A DNA stretch of 64,000 nucleotides, from assembly GCA_963772455.1 (NCBI GenBank), contig CAVYXJ010000010.1, forward strand, positions 96,001-160,000, given 5' to 3'. Below are positions 9,556-20,207 of this stretch, piece after piece (position 1 is the stretch's first letter; each line of letters starts with the position of its first letter). The notes beneath the pieces were generated by a model, which was not told the DNA's origin, made no database searches, and was given only the letters and a program-made list of their open reading frames with translations. Position numbers and translations under genes: made by a program. Source of the DNA: Candidatus Bathyarchaeota archaeon (lineage in GTDB: Archaea > Thermoproteota > Bathyarchaeia > Bathyarchaeales > Bathycorpusculaceae).

Positions 9556-10893
9556 ATGGATATTTTAAAAAAAGCTTTCGAAATACTTAGTAAATACCCG
9601 CTTTGTGACCACTGCTTAGGCAGACAGTTTGCATTACTTGGTTACAGTATGGAAAACAATGTTCGAGGTCAAGCATTAAAAATTAGTTTAACATTACAAG
9701 CTAACGACCTTATCGCAGAGAAGAATGTTGAGGGTGTGAAGAGGCTTAAGGTTCTTTCAACAAATGGTTTTTCTAGAGAAGCCAAAGAAACTTTGAAACA
9801 CCTAAACAAACGCTTGCCAAAAAATGATTCTGATCAAAAATGCATTCTTTGTGAAGGTAAATTTGAGATTATTGACAATTTAACCAATAGAGCATTGGAA
9901 ATACTCGCTGATTATGAATTTACAACTTTTCTTGTAGGAATTGAATTACCCACCAAAATTGAAGAACAAGAGGACGAGTTTAAGGCTGCGGTCAACATTG
10001 GTTACGGTGAAAGCATCAAACATGAATTTGGCAGATTGCTTGGCAAAGCAATAGGAAAACGCACAGGCAAAGAAGCTGATTATCTAATACCTGATATTGT
10101 TGTTATCTTCAACCCTTTCCTTGAAAAAATCCGAGTGCAAGTTAACCCTCTTTTCGTTGCTGGCAGATACCGCAAACTAGTGCGGACTATTCCCCAGTCG
10201 AAGTGGTTCTGTTCAAATTGCAGAGGTCGAGGTTGCGAAAAATGTGGCGAAACTGGAAAAATGTATCCTGAATCAGTTGAGGAGTTGTCTTCTAAACAGT
10301 TGCTTGAGGCTGTTAATGGCGAAGAAATTTTCTTTCATGCTTCGGGCCGTGAAGATATAGATGCACGAATGCTTGGAAGTGGTAGGCCTTTTGTTATTGA
10401 GGTTTCTAAACCCAGGAAACGGTTCATTGATTTGAAACCGATTGAAATTCAAATTAACGCTGAGGCAATGGGAAAAATTGCGGTATCAGGATTACATTTT
10501 ACCACCAAAGATGTTGTTAGACGTCTCAAGAAGGGTGAGGGTGCTCAGAAGGAATATAGTTTGTTGGCTGAGTTTGAAAATGAATTAGTGGATCAAGATT
10601 TGGTCACAATAGAAGAAAAGTTTTCTGGGGTGTGTATTAAACAACAGACACCATTGCGTGTTATGCATCGTCGGGCTGACCTTATCCGAGAAAAGTACAT
10701 ATATCAGGTTAAAGTTAAGAAGGTGTCGCTTAAGAGGGCTCTACTGGAAATTCATTGTCAAGGTGGGCTCTACGTTAAAGAATTGGTGTCTGGAGATGAA
10801 GGAAGAACAGTACCGAACGTTTCGGATTTGCTTAAAAATAGAGCGAAGACGCTTAAGCTTGACGTTCTTAATGTAATAATGGATGATAATTAA
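9556..10893 (+). CDS. pus10: tRNA pseudouridine(54/55) synthase Pus10
   Basis: CDHCLGRQF, GREDIDARMLG and GGLYVKELVSGD motifs. Confidence 0.96.
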   Translation: MDILKKAFEILSKYPLCDHCLGRQFALLGYSMENNVRGQALKISLTLQANDLIAEKNVEGVKRLKVLSTNGFSREAKETLKHLNKRLPKNDSDQKCILCEGKFEIIDNLTNRALEILADYEFTTFLVGIELPTKIEEQEDEFKAAVNIGYGESIKHEFGRLLGKAIGKRTGKEADYLIPDIVVIFNPFLEKIRVQVNPLFVAGRYRKLVRTIPQSKWFCSNCRGRGCEKCGETGKMYPESVEELSSKQLLEAVNGEEIFFHASGREDIDARMLGSGRPFVIEVSKPRKRFIDLKPIEIQINAEAMGKIAVSGLHFTTKDVVRRLKKGEGAQKEYSLLAEFENELVDQDLVTIEEKFSGVCIKQQTPLRVMHRRADLIREKYIYQVKVKKVSLKRALLEIHCQGGLYVKELVSGDEGRTVPNVSDLLKNRAKTLKLDVLNVIMDDN

Positions 10894-10906
10894 AGGTGAA
10901 AATTGA

Positions 10907-11203
10907 ATGAGAGGTTCAAAAGGCTATTACACAGGTACTCGCAGTTTGCTGCGTAAACCAACTCGTGCTAAAGGTAAACCACATATTGGTAAAACCCTTC
11001 AAGATTATGCTCCTGGTTCTCAAGTAATCATAAAAATGGATTCAAGTACACAGAAGAGTATGCCTCATAAGAGATTCCATGGCAAAATCGGTGTAATAGT
11101 GGAAAAACGTGGTAGAGGATATGTCGTTAGTGTTCCACAGGGCAACGCTATTAAAGAAATTATTACTCGCTCAGAACATTTAGAGCCATATACAGGTAAG
11201 TGA
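10907..11203 (+). CDS. rpl21e: 50S ribosomal protein L21e
   Basis: MPHKRFHGKIG…RSEHL. Confidence 0.96.
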   Translation: MRGSKGYYTGTRSLLRKPTRAKGKPHIGKTLQDYAPGSQVIIKMDSSTQKSMPHKRFHGKIGVIVEKRGRGYVVSVPQGNAIKEIITRSEHLEPYTGK

Positions 11204-11547
11204 GAGAAATGAGCAAGAGAGAAGTAAGCGAAAGCCGCTTGACCTTACCGCAAGTTAAGAAAGTATTGGAAACCATCGGCGAAGAAAACCTGGATCAATT
11301 CCAACGTCGAACGCTCGATTACGTAAGCAAATTCTCCAAATGTGACCCTGTTAAAGCCGAAGAACTCTTGCAAACGCTACTCAAAGAATATGAACTTGAA
11401 GAAGCTGAAGCAGTTCAAATTATTAATTGTATGCCTGAGACTGTAGACGAGTTGAGGATTTTCTTGGCAGGCGGTCGGAAAATCATTGAAACCACTAAAT
11501 TGCACACGATTGTTGAGCTTCTAAATGAGAATCGAATGTTGAAATAG
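11200..11547 (+). CDS. rpoF: RNA polymerase subunit Rpo4 (F)
   Basis: EAVQIINCMPETVDELR motif; conserved position after L21e. Confidence 0.92.
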   Translation: MREMSKREVSESRLTLPQVKKVLETIGEENLDQFQRRTLDYVSKFSKCDPVKAEELLQTLLKEYELEEAEAVQIINCMPETVDELRIFLAGGRKIIETTKLHTIVELLNENRMLK

Positions 11548-11605
11548 GCGTAATTGACTAAGTATTTTTAAGCAGTAAGCGAGAATAGACTAGCGGACGG
11601 ACTCA

Positions 11606-12181
11606 GTGACTATTATGGAAAAGCGGTATGAAGAACATGCTTACGTGTTAGATTTCCTTCAACACGGCAAGCCAGGATTTCGACCCACTGGAAGAGCAGG
11701 TTACCGAGCGGGCGCTCTAATTCAATGTGTCGGTGAAGAATTCTTTACCCTTTTAGAAGCCTTAGTAAAAGAAGAGCTAGTTTTGAAACCTGGTGACCGT
11801 GTGTATGTTGGAAAAGATTCCCGTGAAGAAGTCACCTATATTATAGGCCGTATTAGCTTTGAAGAATTGACTGCTTCAGCAAAAGCTGAACTTGCCAGTG
11901 TTATTAGCAAAATAGTTTCAAACCGAGAAAAATGGTTTGTAGGTTTCTTCAACACTGCTCGAGCAATTACACCTCGTATGCATGCCTTAGAACTGGTTCC
12001 AGGTATAGGCAAAAAATACATGTGGCAAGTCATCAATCAACGTGAACATAAACCCTTTGAAAGCTTCGAGGACTTACAGAAAAGGACCGAATTGCCCAAC
12101 CCTGTAAAATTGATTACAAAACGCGTAATGGAAGAGCTTGAGGGTGACAGCAAATATCGCTTGTTCACACGAGCTCAATAA
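11606..12181 (+). CDS. DUF655 family putative RNA-binding protein
   Basis: EEHAYVLDF, FTLLE and HhH LELVPGIGKK; conserved synteny. Confidence 0.92.
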   Translation: MTIMEKRYEEHAYVLDFLQHGKPGFRPTGRAGYRAGALIQCVGEEFFTLLEALVKEELVLKPGDRVYVGKDSREEVTYIIGRISFEELTASAKAELASVISKIVSNREKWFVGFFNTARAITPRMHALELVPGIGKKYMWQVINQREHKPFESFEDLQKRTELPNPVKLITKRVMEELEGDSKYRLFTRAQ

Positions 12182-12191
12182 GGTCAAAACA

Positions 12192-13010
12192 ATGAGTCTT
12201 GAGGAAACCAAGCAATTACTTAGAGTGCACAAAATTTCCCCTAACAAAATTTTGGGTCAAAATTTTATGGTTGAGCCATCGTTTTACCTAAAAATGTGCA
12301 ACTATGCGGAAATTGGTAAAGAGGATATTGTCTTAGATGTCGGCGCTGGCTTCGGGTGGTTAACCTGCTTCTTAGCAAATAAATGCAGGAAAATAGTTGC
12401 AGTCGAAAAGGATCCAAACGTTACAAAGGTTCTTCGCGAGCAAGTAAAAAACTTGGACAACGTATCCGTTATTGAAGGTGACGTTTTGAAAGTAGCCTTG
12501 CCAGAATTTAACAAGGTAGTTGCTATTCCCCCTTACTATCTATCTTCTCATTTGATCCTGTGGCTTTTGGAAAAAAAGGTTGAATGTGCAGTCCTGATTT
12601 TGCAGAAAGAATTTGCTGCTCGCCTAATCGCATCTTGTGGTAGTGAAGAGTATGGCTGGATAACAGTTGTCACAAATCAAGGAGCGGCAGTTGAGCTGCT
12701 AGACTCAGTAACCAAAGAAATGTTTTATCCGCAGCCAGAAGTTGATTCGGTAGTCGTTAGCTTAAAATTTTGGAGAACCAAACCTTTCGAGGTAAAAGAT
12801 CATGTATCTTTCGTGAGAATGACAAAGTGGCTTTTTTCCCAACGCAATAAAAAGTTAGCAAAAGCAATTGCGCCATTTATCAAGAGCAACTTCAAATTGA
12901 GCAAACAAGATGCAGAAAAACTTTCTCACAGTTTGCCTTTTATTGAAAGACGTGTAAGAGAGTTATCTCCTAATGATTTTGGAGCATTAACAAATGCATT
13001 GTATAAGTAA
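12192..13010 (+). CDS. ksgA: 16S rRNA dimethyladenosine transferase KsgA/Dim1
   Basis: LGQNF, DVGAGFG, FYPQPEVDS and FSQRNKKL motifs. Confidence 0.93.
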   Translation: MSLEETKQLLRVHKISPNKILGQNFMVEPSFYLKMCNYAEIGKEDIVLDVGAGFGWLTCFLANKCRKIVAVEKDPNVTKVLREQVKNLDNVSVIEGDVLKVALPEFNKVVAIPPYYLSSHLILWLLEKKVECAVLILQKEFAARLIASCGSEEYGWITVVTNQGAAVELLDSVTKEMFYPQPEVDSVVVSLKFWRTKPFEVKDHVSFVRMTKWLFSQRNKKLAKAIAPFIKSNFKLSKQDAEKLSHSLPFIERRVRELSPNDFGALTNALYK

Positions 13011-13629
13011 AAGAGTGCACTTTGATAACTACGTTTTTAACATTTATGAAGAAGTCTATGATCCTGCAGAAGATACTTTTCTCTTCGCCGAAAACATTGA
13101 GATTAAAGAAGGTGACCTGATTTTGGATATAGGCACTGGTTGCGGATTGCTTGGAATATTAGCTGCAAAAAAAGCTGTGCGTGTGATAGCAGTTGATTTT
13201 AATCCTTTTGCGATTCGCTGTGCGAAGGAAAATTCGGCGATCAATGGGGTGTGCAGTAAAATCGATTTTATTCAAGCCAGTCTATTAAAAGCTCTAAATT
13301 CTAGTGCAAAATTTGACTTGATTCTATTTAATGCTCCTTACTTGCCCTCAGAAAAGGGTGAGGATTCGTCTTGGATTGGGCGTGCTTGGGCAGGAGGTGC
13401 CAACGGACGTGAAGTGGTTGATCAATTTATTTTTGAAGCATCTTTGCATTTGAAGCCTCAGGGTAGAATTCTTTTGATGCAATCTACGCTCACAGGCGTC
13501 GAAATTACGATTCGCAAATTTATCGAGCACGGACTTAAAGCGTGTGTGAAGGTTGAACAGAAACTGCCTTTTTTCGAGACTTTAACCTTGGTAGAAGCTA
13601 CTGCTAACAAGTATAAAGAAACAATTTAA
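12994..13629 (+). CDS. HemK2/PrmC-type release-factor Gln methyltransferase
   Basis: VYDPAEDT, DIGTGCG, NAPYLP and WAGGANGRE motifs. Confidence 0.9.
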   Translation: MHCISKRVHFDNYVFNIYEEVYDPAEDTFLFAENIEIKEGDLILDIGTGCGLLGILAAKKAVRVIAVDFNPFAIRCAKENSAINGVCSKIDFIQASLLKALNSSAKFDLILFNAPYLPSEKGEDSSWIGRAWAGGANGREVVDQFIFEASLHLKPQGRILLMQSTLTGVEITIRKFIEHGLKACVKVEQKLPFFETLTLVEATANKYKETI

Positions 13630-13652
13630 AGCTAGAATCGATTTAATACTGA

Positions 13653-13994
13653 TTGGTAGTAGTTATGACACTTTGGTTTTATGTAAAAACAAATGAAGAC
13701 ATAAAAGCTGTTGGAGAAGTTGTTTGTGCCTTCAACTTCATGCAGGGGCAACATCCTGAAGACAAATATTCTTGGATTATTGAAGCTGGAAAAGATGAAC
13801 CTGGTTACTGGGAAATCAAAGGTAAATATGCCGCGTTAAAAGACGTTACGATTATCTGTATTGTTTATAGGATTGGCGATACCGTGGCTTTTGCTGAAAT
13901 CGATGATGATTTGTCTCCGAATTTTGCTGACCCACTTATTGCAAAGTATGGGTTGGATAATGTTAAATGGATGGTTATTCCCTCAAAAAAATAA
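13653..13994 (+). CDS. Hypothetical protein
   Basis: 113-aa ORF filling the intergenic space with normal composition; no family recognised. Confidence 0.7.
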   Translation: MVVVMTLWFYVKTNEDIKAVGEVVCAFNFMQGQHPEDKYSWIIEAGKDEPGYWEIKGKYAALKDVTIICIVYRIGDTVAFAEIDDDLSPNFADPLIAKYGLDNVKWMVIPSKK

Positions 13995-14124
13995 GTTAGT
14001 TCTAAAAGTTATTGGGTAACTCCATCTCTTCTATTTTTAGATTCTGTACATTTTTAATTTAATAACTTAAGTTCTCTTGCGTGTCCATTTAAAAAGGGAC
14101 TATAAACTTCGCTAAGAATATGAT

Positions 14125-14610
14125 TTATTGTTTATCGTATTTTTCAACTATATCATTCATAATTGCTAGTTCTATTCCAGCCTGCTTGAACATATTGATA
14201 GTGTCAGCGTCGGCATGATAGCGTTTCGCGCAGACCACCCTTTTAATTCCAGCATTAATTATCATCATAGCGCAGGTTCGACACGGTGTCATCTTGCAGA
14301 AAAGTGTTGACCCTTCAAGGGAGATGCCAAACCTCGCCGCTTGAATTATCGCATTCTGTTCTGCATGTAATGTCCGAACACAGTGTTGGGTGACTTCCCC
14401 GTTGGAATTGAATACTTTGCGCATGTCGTGTCCGGCTTCGTCGCAATGTGGTAATCCTGCAGGAGCACCAACGTAACCAGTAGTCATTATTCGTTTATCT
14501 TTGACGATTACGCAACCGCTTCTTCCTCTGTCACATGTCGCGCGAACTGCAACAGCTTCACATAAGTCTAGGAAATACCTGTCCCAATTTGGTCTTGGAT
14601 TAGTGCTCAT
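14125..14610 (-). CDS. dCMP deaminase (ComEB family)
   Basis: HAEQNA and PCRTC Zn motifs; WDRYF at the N-terminus. Confidence 0.92.
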   Translation of the reverse strand: MSTNPRPNWDRYFLDLCEAVAVRATCDRGRSGCVIVKDKRIMTTGYVGAPAGLPHCDEAGHDMRKVFNSNGEVTQHCVRTLHAEQNAIIQAARFGISLEGSTLFCKMTPCRTCAMMIINAGIKRVVCAKRYHADADTINMFKQAGIELAIMNDIVEKYDKQ

Positions 14611-14683
14611 TATTTGTTGCCTCGAACCGTTTTAGATTCATAGTTCGCTAATCGAATTAATAAATTGCACCGGAAGGCAGCAA

Positions 14684-15985
14684 TTATTTTTCAACTATGT
14701 GAATTTCTCTTCCAATCATGTGCCGTTCATCCATTTCAACTAATGAACCTGTGTTAACCAACCGTTCGAGTAGTAGACCTGTATTCTGTGAGAACATTTC
14801 TTTCGAGAAGGGATATTTCTTTTTGAGTCCCAAACTCTCAAATTTTTTGCAAATAGGCATAGTTATTGCTTGTCCGGATCGCGTTTTGATGTAAGGAGTA
14901 ACCAATACTAAAATTCCACCAGACTTTAGTGATTGTTTGGCTTGTTCAACAAAACCAAAATACAGCGGTTCAAGTTTCTGGATAATTTTTTCTGCATATG
15001 GACCTGTAGGCACTTGTCGTAGGGCTGGACCTAAATCTGGCTCACAAACAATACAATCCATTGTTTCCTGCCCGATTTTTTCAACCAGCCTATTAACGTC
15101 ACCTTGCAAAACCCGAAAATCCGCATCTTTTAGTGTGTACTCGTTAACTAACCATTCAAGATTCTCAGATGCAGCTTTAACACACCAAGAATTAACATCC
15201 ATACCTACAACCATTGCCTTCTCCAAAAGTGCTTCCTGAAGAATTGTGCCAACGCCGCAGAATGGGTCAAGCAAAGTCCTCCCAGCTTTGCATAAAGACA
15301 AGTTAACCATAATTCGCCCTAACCTTGGCGGCATACCAAAGATTTTTCTTTGGTTAGGTTTATAAATATCTCTTTTCTGGAATTCAAAGGGATTATGCAC
15401 TGCTACAGTGGTGCCTACCCAAGTTTCTGTTCTGCCGATGCAGAATAATATTTCAGATTTGCTTTCAACTAAATTCTTTTTTATGACTTCAACATGGCTG
15501 AGCTGGGCTTGCTTCCTTTCGTTGCCAAAACCCATAAAATTCGATTTCTTTCCTAAATTAGCAATTTCATCTTTTACAGCGCTTCCGACAAACCTTTGAA
15601 TTATTCCAGACGACGAGCGCAAGGTGCTTTCAGTGCAGTAAACGCTTACTCCAAACAGCACTTTTTCGGACGATTTATCTATACCATCAACTAAACCGCA
15701 TGATCGAATAGAGCTGCTTATTTGCGATTTGGCTTGCTTGTTCTTTTTGATAAATGCCTCTTTGACGGTTTCAGTAGGTAGCTTTGTTTTTACTTCCCCG
15801 ATTTTTATGGTACCTCCCAAATCGGTTATAGCTGAAGCGTCAAAGTCTTTGTTAAATGATAAAACGAAGAATTCTCCTGAAAAGAACAGGATTTCAAAAA
15901 CAATTTCTCTTGCTTTAAAGTAGGCGGTCAGCTCCGCTAGTGAGAGCATCCAGTTTTTTCCTGAAACAAACAATTCAGTTGGCAT
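14684..15985 (-). CDS. Trm11-like tRNA (guanine-N2) methyltransferase
   Basis: MPPRLGRIMVNL, LDPFCGVGT and EPDLG motifs. Confidence 0.8.
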   Translation of the reverse strand: MPTELFVSGKNWMLSLAELTAYFKAREIVFEILFFSGEFFVLSFNKDFDASAITDLGGTIKIGEVKTKLPTETVKEAFIKKNKQAKSQISSSIRSCGLVDGIDKSSEKVLFGVSVYCTESTLRSSSGIIQRFVGSAVKDEIANLGKKSNFMGFGNERKQAQLSHVEVIKKNLVESKSEILFCIGRTETWVGTTVAVHNPFEFQKRDIYKPNQRKIFGMPPRLGRIMVNLSLCKAGRTLLDPFCGVGTILQEALLEKAMVVGMDVNSWCVKAASENLEWLVNEYTLKDADFRVLQGDVNRLVEKIGQETMDCIVCEPDLGPALRQVPTGPYAEKIIQKLEPLYFGFVEQAKQSLKSGGILVLVTPYIKTRSGQAITMPICKKFESLGLKKKYPFSKEMFSQNTGLLLERLVNTGSLVEMDERHMIGREIHIVEK

Positions 15986-16151
15986 TTTGGAAAATCAAAA
16001 GTAAACTAAGTATATAAGTGAATGACTGCAATTCGCTTGAATGGTGCCTATTACGTAAATAACTGTAAGTATGAAAACGCACGGAAGTATCTTAACTGAT
16101 TTACAAATCGTTTAAATACCGCTGAAGTAGTATGCTAAAAAGGGACGCAGC

Positions 16152-16715
16152 ATGCAAGCGAGAAATTACAGGCACGTTAAGAATCGGGCTTACACAAGAA
16201 AGAAGTATATTAGAGGTTTTCCGCCACCAAAAATAGTGAAATTCTCTATGGGTGACACTAAAGGGACTTTTGGACTTGAAGCTAGACTTATTGCTTTACA
16301 ACGTGCCCAAGTTCGTCATAGCGCTTTAGAAGCAGCGCGTGTTGCAACAAATCGTATCTTGATGGATAAACTCATAAATGATTATTATATGGTTGTTAAT
16401 TTATATCCACACATTATTCTGAGAGAAAATAAAATGATCTTTGGCGCTCACGCTGACCGACTTCAACAGGGAATGAGACGTTCATTTGGAACCCCAATTG
16501 GTACGGCAGCAAAAGTTGAGGTAGACCAAACTATTATAACAGTTAAAGTAAAAGCAGGTCAAGAGGTTCTTGCTAGAGAATCTCTTAAAAGAGGAAGTGC
16601 AAAACTTCCAATTCCATGCAAAGTAGTTATTTCCAAAATTGTAGCTCCTCCAATGATAGTCGAAGCGGATAAGACCGAATCCGAAGCGTCCGAAGTGGAG
16701 ACGGAGTCGACTTGA
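16152..16715 (+). CDS. rpl10e: 50S ribosomal protein L10e (uL16)
   Basis: LEAARV, LRENK and ADRLQQGMR motifs. Confidence 0.97.
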   Translation: MQARNYRHVKNRAYTRKKYIRGFPPPKIVKFSMGDTKGTFGLEARLIALQRAQVRHSALEAARVATNRILMDKLINDYYMVVNLYPHIILRENKMIFGAHADRLQQGMRRSFGTPIGTAAKVEVDQTIITVKVKAGQEVLARESLKRGSAKLPIPCKVVISKIVAPPMIVEADKTESEASEVETEST

Positions 16716-19138
16716 CCGTAAAAGAGAAAGAACTTGTTTTATGGTTTGAAGATGTAAGAAATGTTGATGTTTCCATTGTTGGCGGCAAAAACGCCAGCCT
16801 TGGAGAAATGATTAATTCGGGACTGCCTGTTCCACCTGGTTTTGCAGTAACTGCTTTTTCATATGAGCGATTTATTCAAGAAAAGAAAATTGCTGAGCAG
16901 ATATATTCGATTATTACGGAAACAGTGACAAACCCAAACGACCCTAAACAATATGATACTGCTTCAAAGAAGATTCGTGAATTAATCGAAAAGACTCCCA
17001 TGCCAAAGGACATAGAGGTCGCCATTAGAGAAGCATACAGAAAACTGAACAAGCGTCTTGAGCTTAAGGATACTTTTGTAGCTGTACGTTCAAGCGCAAC
17101 AGCTGAGGACTTACCGGACGCATCGTTTGCAGGGCAGCAGGAAACTTACCTTAATGTTAAAGGTGAAAATGACCTAATCGACAAAGTCGTGAAGTGCTGG
17201 TCAAGTCTTTTCACTCCGAGAGCGATTTTCTACCGTAACGAAAAAGGGTTCCCTCATGAAAAAGTCTTCATAAGCGTGGGCGTGCAAAAAATGGTTAACT
17301 CACGTTGCGCCGGAGTAATGTTCACTATTAACCCGGTTTCTGGTGACAGAGACGAAATTGTAATAGAAGGTAACTTCGGCTTGGGCGAAACCGTCGTGTC
17401 AGGCGCTGTTAACCCCGATGATTTCGTTATAGACAAGAATACTATGCAAATCAAAGATCGTCGTATATCTCGTAAAACAATCAAGTTTATTCGTGATTCT
17501 AAAACAGGAAAAACAGTCCACTTAGATATTCCTGAGGATGAACAAAAAACCGTGTGCATAAGTGATAAAGAGCTTATGACGCTTGCTGAGCTTGCCAAAC
17601 GCATCGAGAAACACTATGCTAAACCAATGGATATCGAATGGGCAATTGACCAAGATTTGTCCTACCCTGAAAACATGATGTTAGTTCAAGCTCGTCCTGA
17701 AACTATTTTCGGTACAAAAACAATGGAAGTCACAAAGATGGAAGAAAACCAATCTAAAGACCTAAAAGTTATTGTTCGAGGAATCTCTGCCGGGAGAAGA
17801 GGCTATGGTGTAGGTAAAGCAAAGGTTGTTTTAAACCTTCAGGATGCCAATCGTGACATGATGAAAGGAGATATTCTTGTAACAGGTATGACCGACCCTG
17901 ACTTTGTACCCTTTATGAAAATGGCTAGTGCCATAGTCACAGACAAAGGTGGAATTACTTCTCACGCAGCAATCGTTAGTCGAGAACTAAATATTCCATG
18001 TGTCGTAGGCACCGAAAATGCAACTCACGTAATGAAAACCGGTCTAGAATACACAGTGGATTCAAGAAACGGCGTAGTATACGAAGGAATAATGGCTCAA
18101 GCAGTTCAACCAACTTCAGCAACCAATGGAAATGTATTGATGCAAATTGCAGAAGCAGCTCCAGTAACAGCTACAAAGATCTATATGAACCTTGGAACTC
18201 CAGAGATGATTGAACAATACAAGAACTTGCCCTTTGAAGGCATCGGTTTAATGCGTACAGAATTTATCTTAGCTAGCGCTATTGGAAAACACCCCATGGC
18301 ATTTGTCGATGCAAATCAAAGCCAACAATTCGTCGACAAACTCGCGGATGGCATTGCAACAGTTGCCCGGGCAATCCAGCCAAAACCCGTCGTGGTGCGA
18401 TTGAGTGACTTCAAAACTAATGAGTACCGAGGTTTACAAGGCGGCGACAAATACGAAATCATCGAAGAAAACCCAATGTTGGGTTGGAGAGGTTGCAGCC
18501 GATATATAAGTAAGTGGTACGACAAAGCTTTCCGTTTGGAATGCCAAGCCATAGTAAAATGCCGCAAGGAATGGGCGCTCAAAAACGTCTATGTTATGCT
18601 CCCAATGGTTCGAACGCTCTGGGAAGCAAAAGCAGTTCTACAACTCATGAAGGAAGAAGGCCTAGAGCGCAATAAGGACTTCAAAATCTGGTTTATGGCT
18701 GAAACTCCCGCAATCGGAATAATGGCTGATGAATTTAGCAAACTCGTTGACGGTTTCAGCATAGGTTCAAACGATATGACACAAGGAGTGCTTATGATTG
18801 ACCGCGACTCTGAACGCCTAGGGCAAATGGGGTACTTCGACGAACGCGATCCAGCAGTCAAGCGTATCATCGCACATCTAATAAGAGCCGCCCACGAAAA
18901 TGGTTGCACAGTATCAATATGCGGCGAAGGACCATCAAACCTTCCTGACTTTGCAGAGTTTTTAGTTAGAGTAGGTATCGACAGCATATCGGTAAATAAC
19001 GACGCAGTTACTGCAACCCGCAAACACGTTGCAAGTATCGAACAAAAAATCATCCTTGAACGTCTCGCTGAGCAAGCTGCTTTGGCTCGTGGACAACCTC
19101 TTAAAAAGCCAATTCAAGATTGGGAATGGCAGTTATAA
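16712..19138 (+). CDS. ppsA: Phosphoenolpyruvate synthase
   Basis: VGGKNASLGEM, RSSATAED, phospho-His GGITSHAAIVSRE, SIGSND. Confidence 0.97.
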   Translation: MTVKEKELVLWFEDVRNVDVSIVGGKNASLGEMINSGLPVPPGFAVTAFSYERFIQEKKIAEQIYSIITETVTNPNDPKQYDTASKKIRELIEKTPMPKDIEVAIREAYRKLNKRLELKDTFVAVRSSATAEDLPDASFAGQQETYLNVKGENDLIDKVVKCWSSLFTPRAIFYRNEKGFPHEKVFISVGVQKMVNSRCAGVMFTINPVSGDRDEIVIEGNFGLGETVVSGAVNPDDFVIDKNTMQIKDRRISRKTIKFIRDSKTGKTVHLDIPEDEQKTVCISDKELMTLAELAKRIEKHYAKPMDIEWAIDQDLSYPENMMLVQARPETIFGTKTMEVTKMEENQSKDLKVIVRGISAGRRGYGVGKAKVVLNLQDANRDMMKGDILVTGMTDPDFVPFMKMASAIVTDKGGITSHAAIVSRELNIPCVVGTENATHVMKTGLEYTVDSRNGVVYEGIMAQAVQPTSATNGNVLMQIAEAAPVTATKIYMNLGTPEMIEQYKNLPFEGIGLMRTEFILASAIGKHPMAFVDANQSQQFVDKLADGIATVARAIQPKPVVVRLSDFKTNEYRGLQGGDKYEIIEENPMLGWRGCSRYISKWYDKAFRLECQAIVKCRKEWALKNVYVMLPMVRTLWEAKAVLQLMKEEGLERNKDFKIWFMAETPAIGIMADEFSKLVDGFSIGSNDMTQGVLMIDRDSERLGQMGYFDERDPAVKRIIAHLIRAAHENGCTVSICGEGPSNLPDFAEFLVRVGIDSISVNNDAVTATRKHVASIEQKIILERLAEQAALARGQPLKKPIQDWEWQL

Positions 19139-19205
19139 GCTTAAGCCCATACATTAAATGCGTCTCTTTCTTTTATTTTCTCATTCGCAAGTTTGTGGGT
19201 AGAGT

Positions 19206-20207
19206 ATGCTAGGCTTTGATTTTGAAGAGGAACGAATAAAACAAGAAATCACCAAACTAGATGCTAAACGCGTTCTATTGCAGATGCCTGAAGGATTAAA
19301 GCCGGAAGGTCCAAAATTAGCTACAATGATTGAGAAGTGTGGTGCTCTGGCGATAATTTCAGCCGACCCCTGTTACGGAGGCTGTGATGTTGCCGTTAGT
19401 GAAGCAGAAGGTTTAGGAGTGGATTTGATAGTGCATTTTGGGCATGCAAAAATGGTTAAGCATGAGACGGTTCCAACGATTTATGTTGAAGCCAGAGCAA
19501 CTGTAACATTAGACAATGCAGTTGAACGGTCTCTTCCTTTATTGCGTGATTATACTTCGATTGGGTTAGCAACTTCGGTTCAACATTTGCATATGCTCAA
19601 CATTGCAAGAGAAATCCTGACTCGAGCTGGAAAAACCGTTATTGTGGGCGACTCTTTACAAATAGCCTATCCTGGACAGGTTAGTGGCTGCAACTACAGT
19701 AATGCAAAATCCATCGCCGACGAAGTTGAGGCGTTTCTCTTCGTTGGCGGCGGAATGTTCCATGCACTAGGAATTGCTTTGAGCACTTCTAAACCAACTT
19801 TCATTTCAGACCCTTATGATAACAGAGCTTACTCGATTAATGTTGAAGCGCAGAAGATTCTAAGACAACGTTTCGCAATCATTCAAGAAGCTAAAAACGC
19901 CAAAAAATTCGGAATTTTTATAGGTCTAAAACCTGGCCAGAAACATTTGGACAGTGCACTTCATGTGAAGGAGATGGCTGAGAAAAATGGCAAAATCGCG
20001 TATTTGTTAGCTGCTAAGGAAATTAATCCTGAGACGCTTTTGGAGTTCCCATCAATTGACTCATATGTTAATACAGCTTGCCCAAGAGTTTCTCTTGAAG
20101 CTACAGGAAAGTTTCAGAAACCTGTTTTGACCATTAATGAATTTAAGGTAATTTGCGGTGAATCTTCATGGGAGAACATGCTCAAAAAAGGCTTATTCGA
20201 AAAATAG
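19206..20207 (+). CDS. dph2: Diphthamide biosynthesis enzyme Dph2
   Basis: QMPEGLK, CYGGCD, HFGH and TACPR motifs. Confidence 0.96.
   Translation: MLGFDFEEERIKQEITKLDAKRVLLQMPEGLKPEGPKLATMIEKCGALAIISADPCYGGCDVAVSEAEGLGVDLIVHFGHAKMVKHETVPTIYVEARATVTLDNAVERSLPLLRDYTSIGLATSVQHLHMLNIAREILTRAGKTVIVGDSLQIAYPGQVSGCNYSNAKSIADEVEAFLFVGGGMFHALGIALSTSKPTFISDPYDNRAYSINVEAQKILRQRFAIIQEAKNAKKFGIFIGLKPGQKHLDSALHVKEMAEKNGKIAYLLAAKEINPETLLEFPSIDSYVNTACPRVSLEATGKFQKPVLTINEFKVICGESSWENMLKKGLFEK

Noticed and set aside
16065-16105. ATGAAAA…CTGA with a short stem upstream of rpl10e as a C/D RNA
   Set aside because: Poor box C, no internal C'/D' pair and no recognisable guide.
16152-19138. rpl10e overlapping ppsA, and a 9-bp tandem repeat in the L10e acidic tail
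   Set aside because: To my recollection this adjacency also occurs in other archaea; the repeat is only two imperfect copies in a low-complexity tail.
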